This document shows positions 38,360 through 46,920 of a stretch of 64,000 nt of DNA, one piece after another. The DNA lies in contig PEZQ01000007.1 in NCBI GenBank assembly GCA_002763265.1, positions 63,368 to 127,367 of the forward strand, read 5' to 3'. Numbering within the stretch: the stretch's first letter is position 1; each line of letters begins with the position of its first letter. This DNA is from an archaeon CG10_big_fil_rev_8_21_14_0_10_43_11. Lineage in GTDB: Archaea > Nanobdellota > Nanobdellia > PEZQ01. The position numbers and the translations under genes are program-made. Under the pieces are notes generated by a model. The model saw only the letters and a list, made by a program, of their open reading frames with translations. It had not been told where the DNA came from and made no database searches.

Positions 38360-38607
38360 GTTTTCCCCTTCCTCCTCCTTGATTGAACGCGCACAAGACT
38401 CAACTCATCATTTAAGACAGAAAGTTTAACCTCAAGATTCTTAACTTCCTTAAACAACATGAACAGTAAGAACACAATAACAAGAATGCTAAAACCAAGA
38501 ATTGCATTTGTTCTCGTCCCAATACCCGTTATAACAAGGACATATTTAACAAAATCCACACCCACTGAATAGAGCAGCATTGCAAGACCAACAAGCGACC
38601 AGCTCAC
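38356..38607 (-). CDS. Small membrane protein with C-terminal coiled coil (DUF2304-like GT2 partner)
   Basis: 83 aa; two TM helices then EVKNLEVKLSVLNDELSLVRVQ. Confidence 0.35.
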   Translation of the reverse strand: MSWSLVGLAMLLYSVGVDFVKYVLVITGIGTRTNAILGFSILVIVFLLFMLFKEVKNLEVKLSVLNDELSLVRVQSRRRKGKT

Positions 38608-38702
38608 AAATTCAAAAAATTCAAGCTTACTTTTTCGCGCAAGCGTATAACTCTTAAAGAGAATAAAAATACCAAGAGCAAAACTGACAGCATAAAGGAG
38701 TG

Positions 38703-39401
38703 CTATTTTCTACCACCGCCAAATATAAGAAACGTAAAAATAATATTTGTCATGCGAACAGGATAAAAAAAGAAGCTCTTAAATGAATTGAGATGAGAAG
38801 AACCATGTTCGCGAAGCGTCATTTTTACTGATACCTCTTTTATCTTAAATCCTTTACGTGCCATCTCAAGCATTTGCTGAACAGCAGGATACATATCAGC
38901 ACAGCGTTCAAGTTTTTTCAGACTCGAAACCTTAAACACTTTATAACCTGAAGTAACATCAGTAATGTCAAGCTTGGCAAGATGCCTTACTACAAACGTG
39001 AACCACGCGATGCCGCAGCGACGAACAAAACTAAACTTTTTATGGCTGCCATTCAAAAACCTGCTACCAATAACTAAATCATATTTACCGCTCAAAGCAG
39101 GACGCAAAAGTTTAGGAATATATTTTGGGTTATGCTGAGCATCCCCATCTAATTGAATAACATAATTATATCCTTCACGAATAGCATACAAGTGACCTGT
39201 TCTTTGCGCAGCACCATAACCCCCCGCCCAAACACGCGAGATAACAAAGGCGCCTGCTTGGCGCGCTAATTGAGCAGTTCTGTCTCCTGACCCATCATCA
39301 ATTACAACCACGTCCCGCACGTATTTTTTGGTTTGAGAAACCACACCAGCTATGGTTGCTTCTTCATTATGCGCAGGAATAATCGCAAGTACGCGAGGCA
39401 T
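38703..39401 (-). CDS. Glycosyltransferase family 2 (dolichyl-phosphate sugar synthase-like)
   Basis: LAIIPAHNEEATIAGVV...VVVIDDGSGDRT (GT-A DxD region); 232 aa. Confidence 0.8.
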   Translation of the reverse strand: MPRVLAIIPAHNEEATIAGVVSQTKKYVRDVVVIDDGSGDRTAQLARQAGAFVISRVWAGGYGAAQRTGHLYAIREGYNYVIQLDGDAQHNPKYIPKLLRPALSGKYDLVIGSRFLNGSHKKFSFVRRCGIAWFTFVVRHLAKLDITDVTSGYKVFKVSSLKKLERCADMYPAVQQMLEMARKGFKIKEVSVKMTLREHGSSHLNSFKSFFFYPVRMTNIIFTFLIFGGGRK

Positions 39402-39454
39402 ACGTATGTAATGTTGCTAACTGTTTAAAAGAATTGTTTTCTCACAGAACGGAC

Positions 39455-39721
39455 TTACACATCCTCTTCTTCCACTAGCATGGGCGCAGCCAATGCAGGG
39501 GGTGAGAACGTAAAATAAACCGTGTCAAAAAAATTGATTCGCGCCCACACGCGTTCGTGCGCGTAATAGATAACAAGCGTGAGAAACAATTCTAACGCGC
39601 TCACAGACAATGCAAGCGTCATTTTTCTGGTGAATATAAATACAAGAAAAAACGTGGTAAGCGTTGCAACAAAACGCCAACTAATACTTTTTGCAATGCT
39701 CTTAACATGAGAATCACTCAT
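39455..39721 (-). CDS. Small membrane protein (DUF2061-like)
   Basis: 88 aa; KSISWRF...YYAHERVW motif recalled as characteristic of DUF2061. Confidence 0.35.
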   Translation of the reverse strand: MSDSHVKSIAKSISWRFVATLTTFFLVFIFTRKMTLALSVSALELFLTLVIYYAHERVWARINFFDTVYFTFSPPALAAPMLVEEEDV

Positions 39722-39723
39722 AA

Positions 39724-40953
39724 CTATAACACCACGCCAGCACCAATTGGTCTGCCGTTGCGCAACAAGACTAAGCGACCAAGACTCTCCACATCCGAGA
39801 ACTTCTCAAACGCAAGATTTTCACGCGTGGTTAATAACACCATGCCTGCCTCGTTCTCGGCTAACAGATTATTGTCAAGAACAGCATCTTCACCAGCGGT
39901 ATTGACTTTTTGCACGATACGCAAGACGCGGGCTTGAACTAAACGCGTGCCAAGGCGAATATCAATATCTTCACCTTCACGAAGTTCATTGTCAGTAAAC
40001 ACAATAACCTGCGAATTAATAGTATTGCTCACTGCAGTGAGGCTTTGCGTGTATGACACCGCACCAATAAGCTCAGACGTTACAAGCGCGCCATTGAGTT
40101 TTAAACCAACACTCTGACCCTCTCTTGCACTCATAAGCGAACCCGTAAAATCGCGCACATCAACCACTGTTGCAAAAAGACCGTGAGGCGCGATTCCCAC
40201 TTTCTCACCCACACGCAATGAACCGCTCACAACCGTTCCAAGCGCGTAGTTTTCACCATCAATGTCTATCACATCCTGAATTGGCATGCGAAAATGCTGT
40301 TCTTTTGCTTCTTTTTGTGCAGCCTTCTTGTCAAGAATTTGCATAAACGTTTTTGGATACCATGCCAAGTTTGCAGAGGGTTCAATCACATTATCCCCCA
40401 CTTTCGCTGAAAGCGGGACAAAGGTCATGTGCTGTTGTTCAAAACCAACAGAAGTCAAATATTCCCCCACAACACGCTTCACTTCATTAAAACGTGTCTG
40501 AGAGTAATCAACAAGGTCCATTTTGTTTACGGCAACAATGACTTTTTTGATGCCAAGAAAATTAAGCAAGAACGAGTGTCGCTTGGTTTGTTCTTCAACC
40601 CCCTCTTTTGCAGAAACAAGGAGCACTGCTGCTTCTGCCTGGCTCGCGCCTGAAATCATGTTTTTGATAAACTCTTTATGACCCGGACAGTCAATAATTT
40701 GATACTCATAGTTTTCACTCAAAAAAGGGATTCGAATAATGTCAATAGTGATGCCCTGTTCGCGCTCTTCTAAAAAACTGTCAAGCACAAATGAATACTC
40801 AATATCTTTTCCAAGCGCTTTGCTTTGAGCAAGGACTTCATTGACTTTTTCTGGTTTAAGAGAATTCGTGTCAAAAAGCAAACGACCAATGAGCGTTGAC
40901 TTCCCATGGTCAATGTGGCCTACAAATACCAAACGAATAACCGGCTTTTCCAT
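39724..40953 (-). CDS. cysN: Sulfate adenylyltransferase subunit 1 (GTPase, CysN-like)
   Basis: EF-Tu-like GTPase motifs GHIDHGKST, DCPGH, NKMD; 409 aa; directly downstream of cysD with a 6-nt gap. No APS-kinase domain fused. Confidence 0.8.
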   Translation of the reverse strand: MEKPVIRLVFVGHIDHGKSTLIGRLLFDTNSLKPEKVNEVLAQSKALGKDIEYSFVLDSFLEEREQGITIDIIRIPFLSENYEYQIIDCPGHKEFIKNMISGASQAEAAVLLVSAKEGVEEQTKRHSFLLNFLGIKKVIVAVNKMDLVDYSQTRFNEVKRVVGEYLTSVGFEQQHMTFVPLSAKVGDNVIEPSANLAWYPKTFMQILDKKAAQKEAKEQHFRMPIQDVIDIDGENYALGTVVSGSLRVGEKVGIAPHGLFATVVDVRDFTGSLMSAREGQSVGLKLNGALVTSELIGAVSYTQSLTAVSNTINSQVIVFTDNELREGEDIDIRLGTRLVQARVLRIVQKVNTAGEDAVLDNNLLAENEAGMVLLTTRENLAFEKFSDVESLGRLVLLRNGRPIGAGVVL

Positions 40954-40959
40954 TACGTA

Positions 40960-41754
40960 TCACATATATCCAAGACTGCGAAGCTTTTGCATCGTGTACG
41001 TGTCCTCTTTATCCTGCGCACGACCTGACCGCTCAGAAAGGTTGCTTGTCTTAAGCTCGTCAACAATCTCTTGTATACTGCTTGCTGTTGAATCAACAGG
41101 GAACGTGCAGGGTTGGCAGCCAAGACTTCGGTAGCGCTTGCCATTTTGTGCAAAATAAAGAGGGTTTGTTGGGATACCCTCCTGCAACACGTACTCCCAC
41201 ACATTTAACTCAGTCCAATCCAAGATAGGATGCACGCGCGTGTGCGTACCTTCATCAGTTGATTTCACAAACAAATCCCACATCTCAGCAGGCTGGTTTT
41301 GATAATCCCACTTAAACTCCTTATTGCGCGGTGAAAACACGCGCTCTTTTCCGCGAATGCCATGCTCATCACGTCTAATAGCAAGAATAAGCGCATCAAA
41401 CCCGTACTCTGCCATGCAATCTTTAAGCGCTTGCGTTTTAAGCGCGTTACAGCATTCAAACTTGCGCACGTTTGACATGCCATCAGCAAGTGCTTTTTTG
41501 TTTTGCGCAACAATCAAATCAAGATTCCACTCATCAACAAGCCGGTCACGAAACGCGTACATCTCCTTAAACTTGTAACTCGTATCAATATGAATAACTG
41601 GAAACGGGACTTTACCAAAGAATGCTTTTTTTGCAAGCCACACGTTTGCCGTAGAATCTTTTCCCACGCTCCACATCATAGCAGGGTTTTTGAATTGCTT
41701 TTTTGCTTCCCGAATAATATAAATGCTCTTATTTTCTAATTCCTTCAAATCCAT
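40960..41754 (-). CDS. cysD: Sulfate adenylyltransferase subunit 2 (CysD)
   Basis: PAPS-reductase-like fold with SVGKDS P-loop; collinear with E. coli CysD including the C-terminal ...LGY tail. Confidence 0.85.
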   Translation of the reverse strand: MDLKELENKSIYIIREAKKQFKNPAMMWSVGKDSTANVWLAKKAFFGKVPFPVIHIDTSYKFKEMYAFRDRLVDEWNLDLIVAQNKKALADGMSNVRKFECCNALKTQALKDCMAEYGFDALILAIRRDEHGIRGKERVFSPRNKEFKWDYQNQPAEMWDLFVKSTDEGTHTRVHPILDWTELNVWEYVLQEGIPTNPLYFAQNGKRYRSLGCQPCTFPVDSTASSIQEIVDELKTSNLSERSGRAQDKEDTYTMQKLRSLGYM

Positions 41755-41769
41755 GACATAACCACCAGT

Positions 41770-42018
41770 TTAATCTAAATAACCAAGAGAACGCAAACGC
41801 GCTTTCACTTCCTCCTCATCATCTTTTGAGGGGGTAGATGTTTGCTTGCCTTTGGGCAATACATCACTGTCTTTTCGTTCAAGCTCTGAAACAACTTGGC
41901 GCAACACATACGTTACGTAATCCGAAACACTTGTAAACCCGCTTCCCTCCAACCGTTTTTCAATGTTCTCATAGAGCTTTCGAGGAATCGAAACCGTTGT
42001 ATGTTTTCTCCCCAACAT
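41770..42018 (-). CDS. Ribbon-helix-helix (CopG-like) protein with CysD-like C-terminal tail
   Basis: 82 aa; N-terminal beta-strand and helices TTVSIPRKLYENIEKRL...SVSDYVTYVLRQ typical of RHH; C-terminus ...EEEVKARLRSLGYLD resembles the CysD tail ...MQKLRSLGYM. Confidence 0.5.
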   Translation of the reverse strand: MLGRKHTTVSIPRKLYENIEKRLEGSGFTSVSDYVTYVLRQVVSELERKDSDVLPKGKQTSTPSKDDEEEVKARLRSLGYLD

Positions 42019-42118
42019 AACACTGTGTTTTAATTAAACTGCATTAATAAGCATTACGCCTCTGAGCTGGAGTACTGACGAAATACTTTTATTATACTGC
42101 CCGTTAAAGTAGTGCGTT

Positions 42119-43399
42119 ATGCGTGGGAGAACCGTTATTTTTGGCATTGATGGCGTACCCTATGAACTCATGCAAGATTTATCAGATAGAGGAGTCATGC
42201 CTCACTTCAAAAAATTACGGGAACAAGGCACCTTCAAAAAATTGCGCTCAAGCATTCCTGACATTTCTTCTATTGCATGGAGTTCAATGATTACGGGGAA
42301 AAATGCAGGCGAGCACAACGTGTACGGTTTTATTGACTTAATTGAAGGAACCTACACCATGCGTTTTCCCAATTTTAAAAGCGTCATGCAACCTGCATTT
42401 TGGCAAGAAGATGATAAAAAGTACGTGATTTTGAACGTTCCCTCAACATATCCTGCAAAAGAAATCAATGGCCTGCATGTATCTGGATTTGTTGCAATTG
42501 ATATGGATAAAGCAGTCTATCCCGCAGACTATTTGCAAACACTCAACAATATAGACTACCGAATTGATGTTGACTCAATGCTTGGGCACGAAGCGCAGGA
42601 ATTATTTATCAAAGATTTGTTCTACACGCTTGAAAAACGAAAAGCACTACTCGATAAAACGTGGACAGAATTTGAGTGGGATACGTTCATGTATGTGGTC
42701 ACCGGCAGTGACCGGCTCGGCCATTTCTTATGGGAAGCATACCACAACGCAGAACACAAGCACCACCAAGATTTTTTAAATTTTTTCAAAAAAGTAGACG
42801 AACAAATTGGTGACGTGGTCTCGCGCATGCATGAAGATGATAAACTCCTCATGCTCTCAGACCATGGTATGGAACAGGTTAAAACAAACGTGTTCGTGAA
42901 TGCATTCCTGCGAGAAAAAGGATTTTTGAACGCGGATTATGACCTGCGCGCAGGCTACAATAATATCAAAGAAGGAACCAAGGCATTCTGTCTTGACCCA
43001 GGACGAATTTATCTGAATCGAAAAGGAAAATATCCAAAAGGTGAAGTACTTCTTGAAGAAGAAGCAGAAATTATTACTGAATTAATCAAAGCGTTTGAAT
43101 CGCTTGAATGGAACGCTCAAAAGGTCGTTGCAAAAATCTACAAACGAGATGACATCTATCATGGTCCCTACACGAAAAACGCGCCAGACCTTGTGATTGA
43201 GGGAGCGTCAGGTTTTAACATGCGAGGAAACATCATCAAAAAAGAAATCTTTGCAGACGAAATTTTCACGGGCAAACACACCCTCGAAAACGCGTTCATC
43301 TATGTTAACACAAAACAACCAAACATCATCCCAGAAAATCCCACCATTGAAGACGTGGTGGACATTATGAAAAAACTCCAACACGTGAATGAACAATGA
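42119..43399 (+). CDS. Alkaline-phosphatase-superfamily protein (type I phosphodiesterase / nucleotide pyrophosphatase family)
   Basis: VIFGIDGVPYEL...IPDISSIAWSSMITGKNAGEHNVYGF matches metal-site motifs of the phosphodiesterase/AlkP family. Confidence 0.65.
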   Translation: MRGRTVIFGIDGVPYELMQDLSDRGVMPHFKKLREQGTFKKLRSSIPDISSIAWSSMITGKNAGEHNVYGFIDLIEGTYTMRFPNFKSVMQPAFWQEDDKKYVILNVPSTYPAKEINGLHVSGFVAIDMDKAVYPADYLQTLNNIDYRIDVDSMLGHEAQELFIKDLFYTLEKRKALLDKTWTEFEWDTFMYVVTGSDRLGHFLWEAYHNAEHKHHQDFLNFFKKVDEQIGDVVSRMHEDDKLLMLSDHGMEQVKTNVFVNAFLREKGFLNADYDLRAGYNNIKEGTKAFCLDPGRIYLNRKGKYPKGEVLLEEEAEIITELIKAFESLEWNAQKVVAKIYKRDDIYHGPYTKNAPDLVIEGASGFNMRGNIIKKEIFADEIFTGKHTLENAFIYVNTKQPNIIPENPTIEDVVDIMKKLQHVNEQ

Positions 43400-44916
43400 A
43401 CTGCAAAAACGGAAACAAAACCTGCTGGAACTGTCCTGCCGCCGTATTCAAAGGAAATGTTGACTTTCGCGCGTGCGGACAATCAAAAGAAGACATCAAA
43501 TCAAAACAAGGCGACAAAGGCCAAATTATGATTGAATGCTCACGACGACCTGAACTTGGCTACTTTGAACCAAACTTGACATTTGAACAATGCAACCAAT
43601 GGGAAGAAAGCGAATACGGCTACAAACTAAAAGACATGCGCGTCATGATTCTTGGCATGGATGGCTACCTTGGCTGGAGTCTTGCCCTCAAACTCGCACG
43701 ACTCGGCTACAAAGTATCAGGGTTTGACAATTACTGGAGACGACGTTGCGTTGCAGAAAAAAATTCGCACTCAATCACGCCAATCCTCCCCATGCAAGAG
43801 CGCTTGCAAGCAGCAAAAGAAGTATTTGATGTTGACATCGCCTTTGCAGAAATTGATATTCGCGAGCGAGACAAACTCAAAAACTTTCTTAAAGAACACA
43901 AACCAGAAGTAATTATCCATTATGCAGAATGCCCAAGCGCACCCTACAGCATGGTAAACGCTGAGCACGCGATAAACGTACAAGACAATAACGTACTTGG
44001 CACACTCGGGCTACTCTTCTTAATTAAAGAACTTGTTCCAGAATCAACACTCATAAAACTTGGAACTATGGGCGAGTACGGAGCCCCCCTCACGGGCAGG
44101 CCAATTTTTGAGGGGCTCTTTCCTGCAGATGCTACAATTGAGTGGAAAGGGCAAACGTGGAGTCTTGGCGGGGAGATGACACCACGAGACCCCGTAAGCT
44201 TTTATCACGTTTCAAAAGTGCAAGACACGTTCAACGTATATGAAGCATGCAAGTACTGGTGGTTGCGCTCATATGATATCATGCAGGGCGTGATTTATGG
44301 CGTGCACACAAACGAAATCAGTAAAGATAAACGATTACTTACCCGTTTTGATGCTGATGAATGGTTTGGCACGGTAATAAACCGTTTTGTTGCTCAAGCA
44401 ATTCTTGGTATTCCCCTCACTATATATGGAAGCGGCGAACAAATACGCGGATTCATCGCGTTAGAAGACGCCATGCAGTGCATGGTGCGCCTCATCAATT
44501 CACCGCCAGAACCCGGACAATATGATGTAGTCAATCAAGTGTCTGGACTCTACAAAGTACGAGAACTTGCAGATACCGTAGCAAAGGTTGGCAAAGAATT
44601 TGGCTATACTGTTCGTATACAACGAATCGAAAATCCGCGAGTGGAAGCTGACAATCATCCCCTTGAAGTAGTGTCAACAAAACTTCCAAACACGTTTGGA
44701 TTCAAGACGCAAACTACGCTTGAGCAGGAAGTGCGACACATGTTTGAAATTCTCACACAACCCGAATCTCTTGAACGCCTTGAAGCAATGAAACATGCAA
44801 TCATCCCTGAAACACGCTGGGATGGGACTAAGAAAAAATCAGAAACGCTTGAACTCTACAATAACACAGTCAACACTAAAACAAGCAGATTCGAACCAAA
44901 GCTTCATGAAACATGA
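43396..44916 (+). CDS. UDP-sulfoquinovose synthase (SQD1/SqdB/Agl3-like) with about 80-aa Cys-containing N-terminal extension
   Basis: From internal Met at 43636: MRVMILGMDGYLGW...HYAECPSAPYSMVNAEHAINVQDNNVLGTLGLLFLIKE...KLGTMGEYGAP, near-collinear with plant SQD1 (...SAPYSM...HNNV.GTLNVLFAIKE...KLGTMGEYGTP). Upstream 80 codons in-frame contain CWNC...C...C. Confidence 0.8.
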   Translation: MNCKNGNKTCWNCPAAVFKGNVDFRACGQSKEDIKSKQGDKGQIMIECSRRPELGYFEPNLTFEQCNQWEESEYGYKLKDMRVMILGMDGYLGWSLALKLARLGYKVSGFDNYWRRRCVAEKNSHSITPILPMQERLQAAKEVFDVDIAFAEIDIRERDKLKNFLKEHKPEVIIHYAECPSAPYSMVNAEHAINVQDNNVLGTLGLLFLIKELVPESTLIKLGTMGEYGAPLTGRPIFEGLFPADATIEWKGQTWSLGGEMTPRDPVSFYHVSKVQDTFNVYEACKYWWLRSYDIMQGVIYGVHTNEISKDKRLLTRFDADEWFGTVINRFVAQAILGIPLTIYGSGEQIRGFIALEDAMQCMVRLINSPPEPGQYDVVNQVSGLYKVRELADTVAKVGKEFGYTVRIQRIENPRVEADNHPLEVVSTKLPNTFGFKTQTTLEQEVRHMFEILTQPESLERLEAMKHAIIPETRWDGTKKKSETLELYNNTVNTKTSRFEPKLHET

Positions 44917-45227
44917 CAAAAGAAATCAGCGATAAAACATTTAAACAAGAGGTTCTAGAGAAAACGCTTCCTGTTATTGTCAAGTTTTGGGCAAGCTGGT
45001 GTCCGCCATGCAAGGTAATGGAGCCCATGATAGAATCACTTGAAAAACAAATACGCGGACAAGCCATTATTGTGAACCTTAATGCTGACAAAAATCCTTT
45101 CACAACTGCCCACTACAACGTAAAAGGGTTGCCAACACTTATCTTTTTCAAAAACGGTGAAGAAAAAGCACGACTCATTGGCGCACAAGGACCACAAACT
45201 ATACTAAACACACTTGAAACAATATAA
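44913..45227 (+). CDS. Thioredoxin (CPPC active site)
   Basis: 104 aa; VKFWASWCPPCK active-site motif; thioredoxin-fold length; 4-nt overlap with the upstream synthase gene. Confidence 0.8.
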   Translation: MTKEISDKTFKQEVLEKTLPVIVKFWASWCPPCKVMEPMIESLEKQIRGQAIIVNLNADKNPFTTAHYNVKGLPTLIFFKNGEEKARLIGAQGPQTILNTLETI

Positions 45228-45229
45228 CC

Positions 45230-46177
45230 ATGAACATCTTGATTACCGGCGGACTGGGATTTATTGGTAGCAACTTCACCGAATACGTGCTCAAAAACAC
45301 AGACTGGACAGTGCGAATTTTTGACAATTCAACTGACACCGCTTTGCTTGAAAAAAATGAAGACACCGACAACAACAGGGTTACAATCATAGAGGGAGAC
45401 ATTAAAAACAAACAACAAATCGAAAACGCAGTTGAAGGATGCGACTTTGTTGTGCACCTCGCAGCACAAGTAGGCGTAATAGAATCAATAGAAGACCCTC
45501 TTTTTGATGCACACACCAACGTGATAGGAACCATTAACATGCTTAACGCATGCAAAAAATATGCCGTCAAACGTGTCGTGCTTGCCTCATCAGCCGCACC
45601 GCTTGGCGAACAAGAACCTCCCGTTCATGAACAAAAAGTGCCAAGACCACTCAGCCCTTATGGTGCGAGCAAACTTGCAAATGAAGCGTACGCAAGCGCG
45701 TTTGCAGGCTCATATGGACTTAGAACTATCGCATTACGATTCTCAAACGTGTATGGCCCAAAATCAACCAACAAAACAAGCGCTGTTTCAAAATTCATCA
45801 AACAAATCGTGGCAGGCGAACAAATCACCATATACGGAGATGGCAAGCAAACCCGCGACCTTATTCACACACACGACATCAGTACCGCAATTTACTTAGC
45901 GCTCACAAAAGAACTCAAAAACGCGTTCTCCCTTTTCCAGCTTGGAACAGGAAAAGAAACAAGTGTGAACACGCTTTTCTCGCTTATAGAAGAATCCTGC
46001 AAAAAACACGGAATCAGCGTAAAACCGCCTGTGCACGAGCCAGCGCGTGCAGGCGAGATTCTGCGCAATTATTCTGATATTTCTCTTGCAAGAAAAGAGC
46101 TTGGTTTTGAGCCGGATGTTAGTATTGAACAAGGCATTGACAGGACCGTTACCTGGTTTGTTCAAACAGCTACATGA
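45230..46177 (+). CDS. NAD-dependent sugar epimerase/dehydratase (SDR family)
   Basis: MNILITGGLGFIGSNF Rossmann motif; catalytic YGASK. Confidence 0.8.
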   Translation: MNILITGGLGFIGSNFTEYVLKNTDWTVRIFDNSTDTALLEKNEDTDNNRVTIIEGDIKNKQQIENAVEGCDFVVHLAAQVGVIESIEDPLFDAHTNVIGTINMLNACKKYAVKRVVLASSAAPLGEQEPPVHEQKVPRPLSPYGASKLANEAYASAFAGSYGLRTIALRFSNVYGPKSTNKTSAVSKFIKQIVAGEQITIYGDGKQTRDLIHTHDISTAIYLALTKELKNAFSLFQLGTGKETSVNTLFSLIEESCKKHGISVKPPVHEPARAGEILRNYSDISLARKELGFEPDVSIEQGIDRTVTWFVQTAT

Positions 46178-46644
46178 TTATTAAGCATTAAAAAAACAAG
46201 GCTTAGAAAAATAAAAACCATGTCAAGGGTGAGTTCTTCAAAACTTATGGGATACAGCCAGTGCCCTACTTTTACCAAACGCTCATGCGCCTTTCTAAAA
46301 TAGGTGTGGTCAAACAACCAGTGAGAAAGAGCCGCACAAAATACAATAACACCAGATACTGGTGAAAAAATCATGATAAAAGAGGAAACCACCATAAAAA
46401 AGAGAATGCCATACTTGCGATGCAAAAAGCTTCGTTCAAAACCCAAATGCTCAAACGCAGTATTCCACGCTTTTTGCACGCTTAATTCTCCTTTCACACG
46501 CCAAAAATTAATCACGTGGTCAAGGTCGATGATTGCTGCAACAAAACCTGCAAGCAAAAAATGCCACCATGCGAGCGGTAAAAAAAGATTGATAACTGCA
46601 GCTACACAAAAACCAATCAACACGTGCGTTCGAGGCATCATCAT
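46162..46644 (-). CDS. Membrane-bound metal-dependent hydrolase-like protein (DUF457/YdjM-like)
   Basis: 160-aa, 4-5 TM helices, AGFVAAIIDLDHV His/Asp motif. Confidence 0.45.
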   Translation of the reverse strand: MMMPRTHVLIGFCVAAVINLFLPLAWWHFLLAGFVAAIIDLDHVINFWRVKGELSVQKAWNTAFEHLGFERSFLHRKYGILFFMVVSSFIMIFSPVSGVIVFCAALSHWLFDHTYFRKAHERLVKVGHWLYPISFEELTLDMVFIFLSLVFLMLNNHVAV

Positions 46645-46889
46645 TTCACGTAAAGCGCGTCTATTTGTTTTGCAAGAGAATAATCCTTTTCGGTTACTCT
46701 CTTCTTGGCATGCGTAACTAACATAATACGCACCGTATTATATGAATAAATCAACACATCAGGATGATGATTTGCCTGCTCTGCTAGCAACCCAATATGA
46801 TTAACAAAACCAACTGCAGACATAAAATCCTCAAAAGAAAACTCTTTTACCAACTGCCCATTCTCAAGCTTCCATGCCATACCACACAT
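46641..46889 (-). CDS. Pterin-4a-carbinolamine dehydratase (PCD/DCoH)
   Basis: 82 aa; EQANHHPDV...VTH signature. Confidence 0.7.
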   Translation of the reverse strand: MCGMAWKLENGQLVKEFSFEDFMSAVGFVNHIGLLAEQANHHPDVLIYSYNTVRIMLVTHAKKRVTEKDYSLAKQIDALYVK

Positions 46890-46920
46890 GATAGGAACGC
46901 GTGTTTATTAAAAGCTGCGC

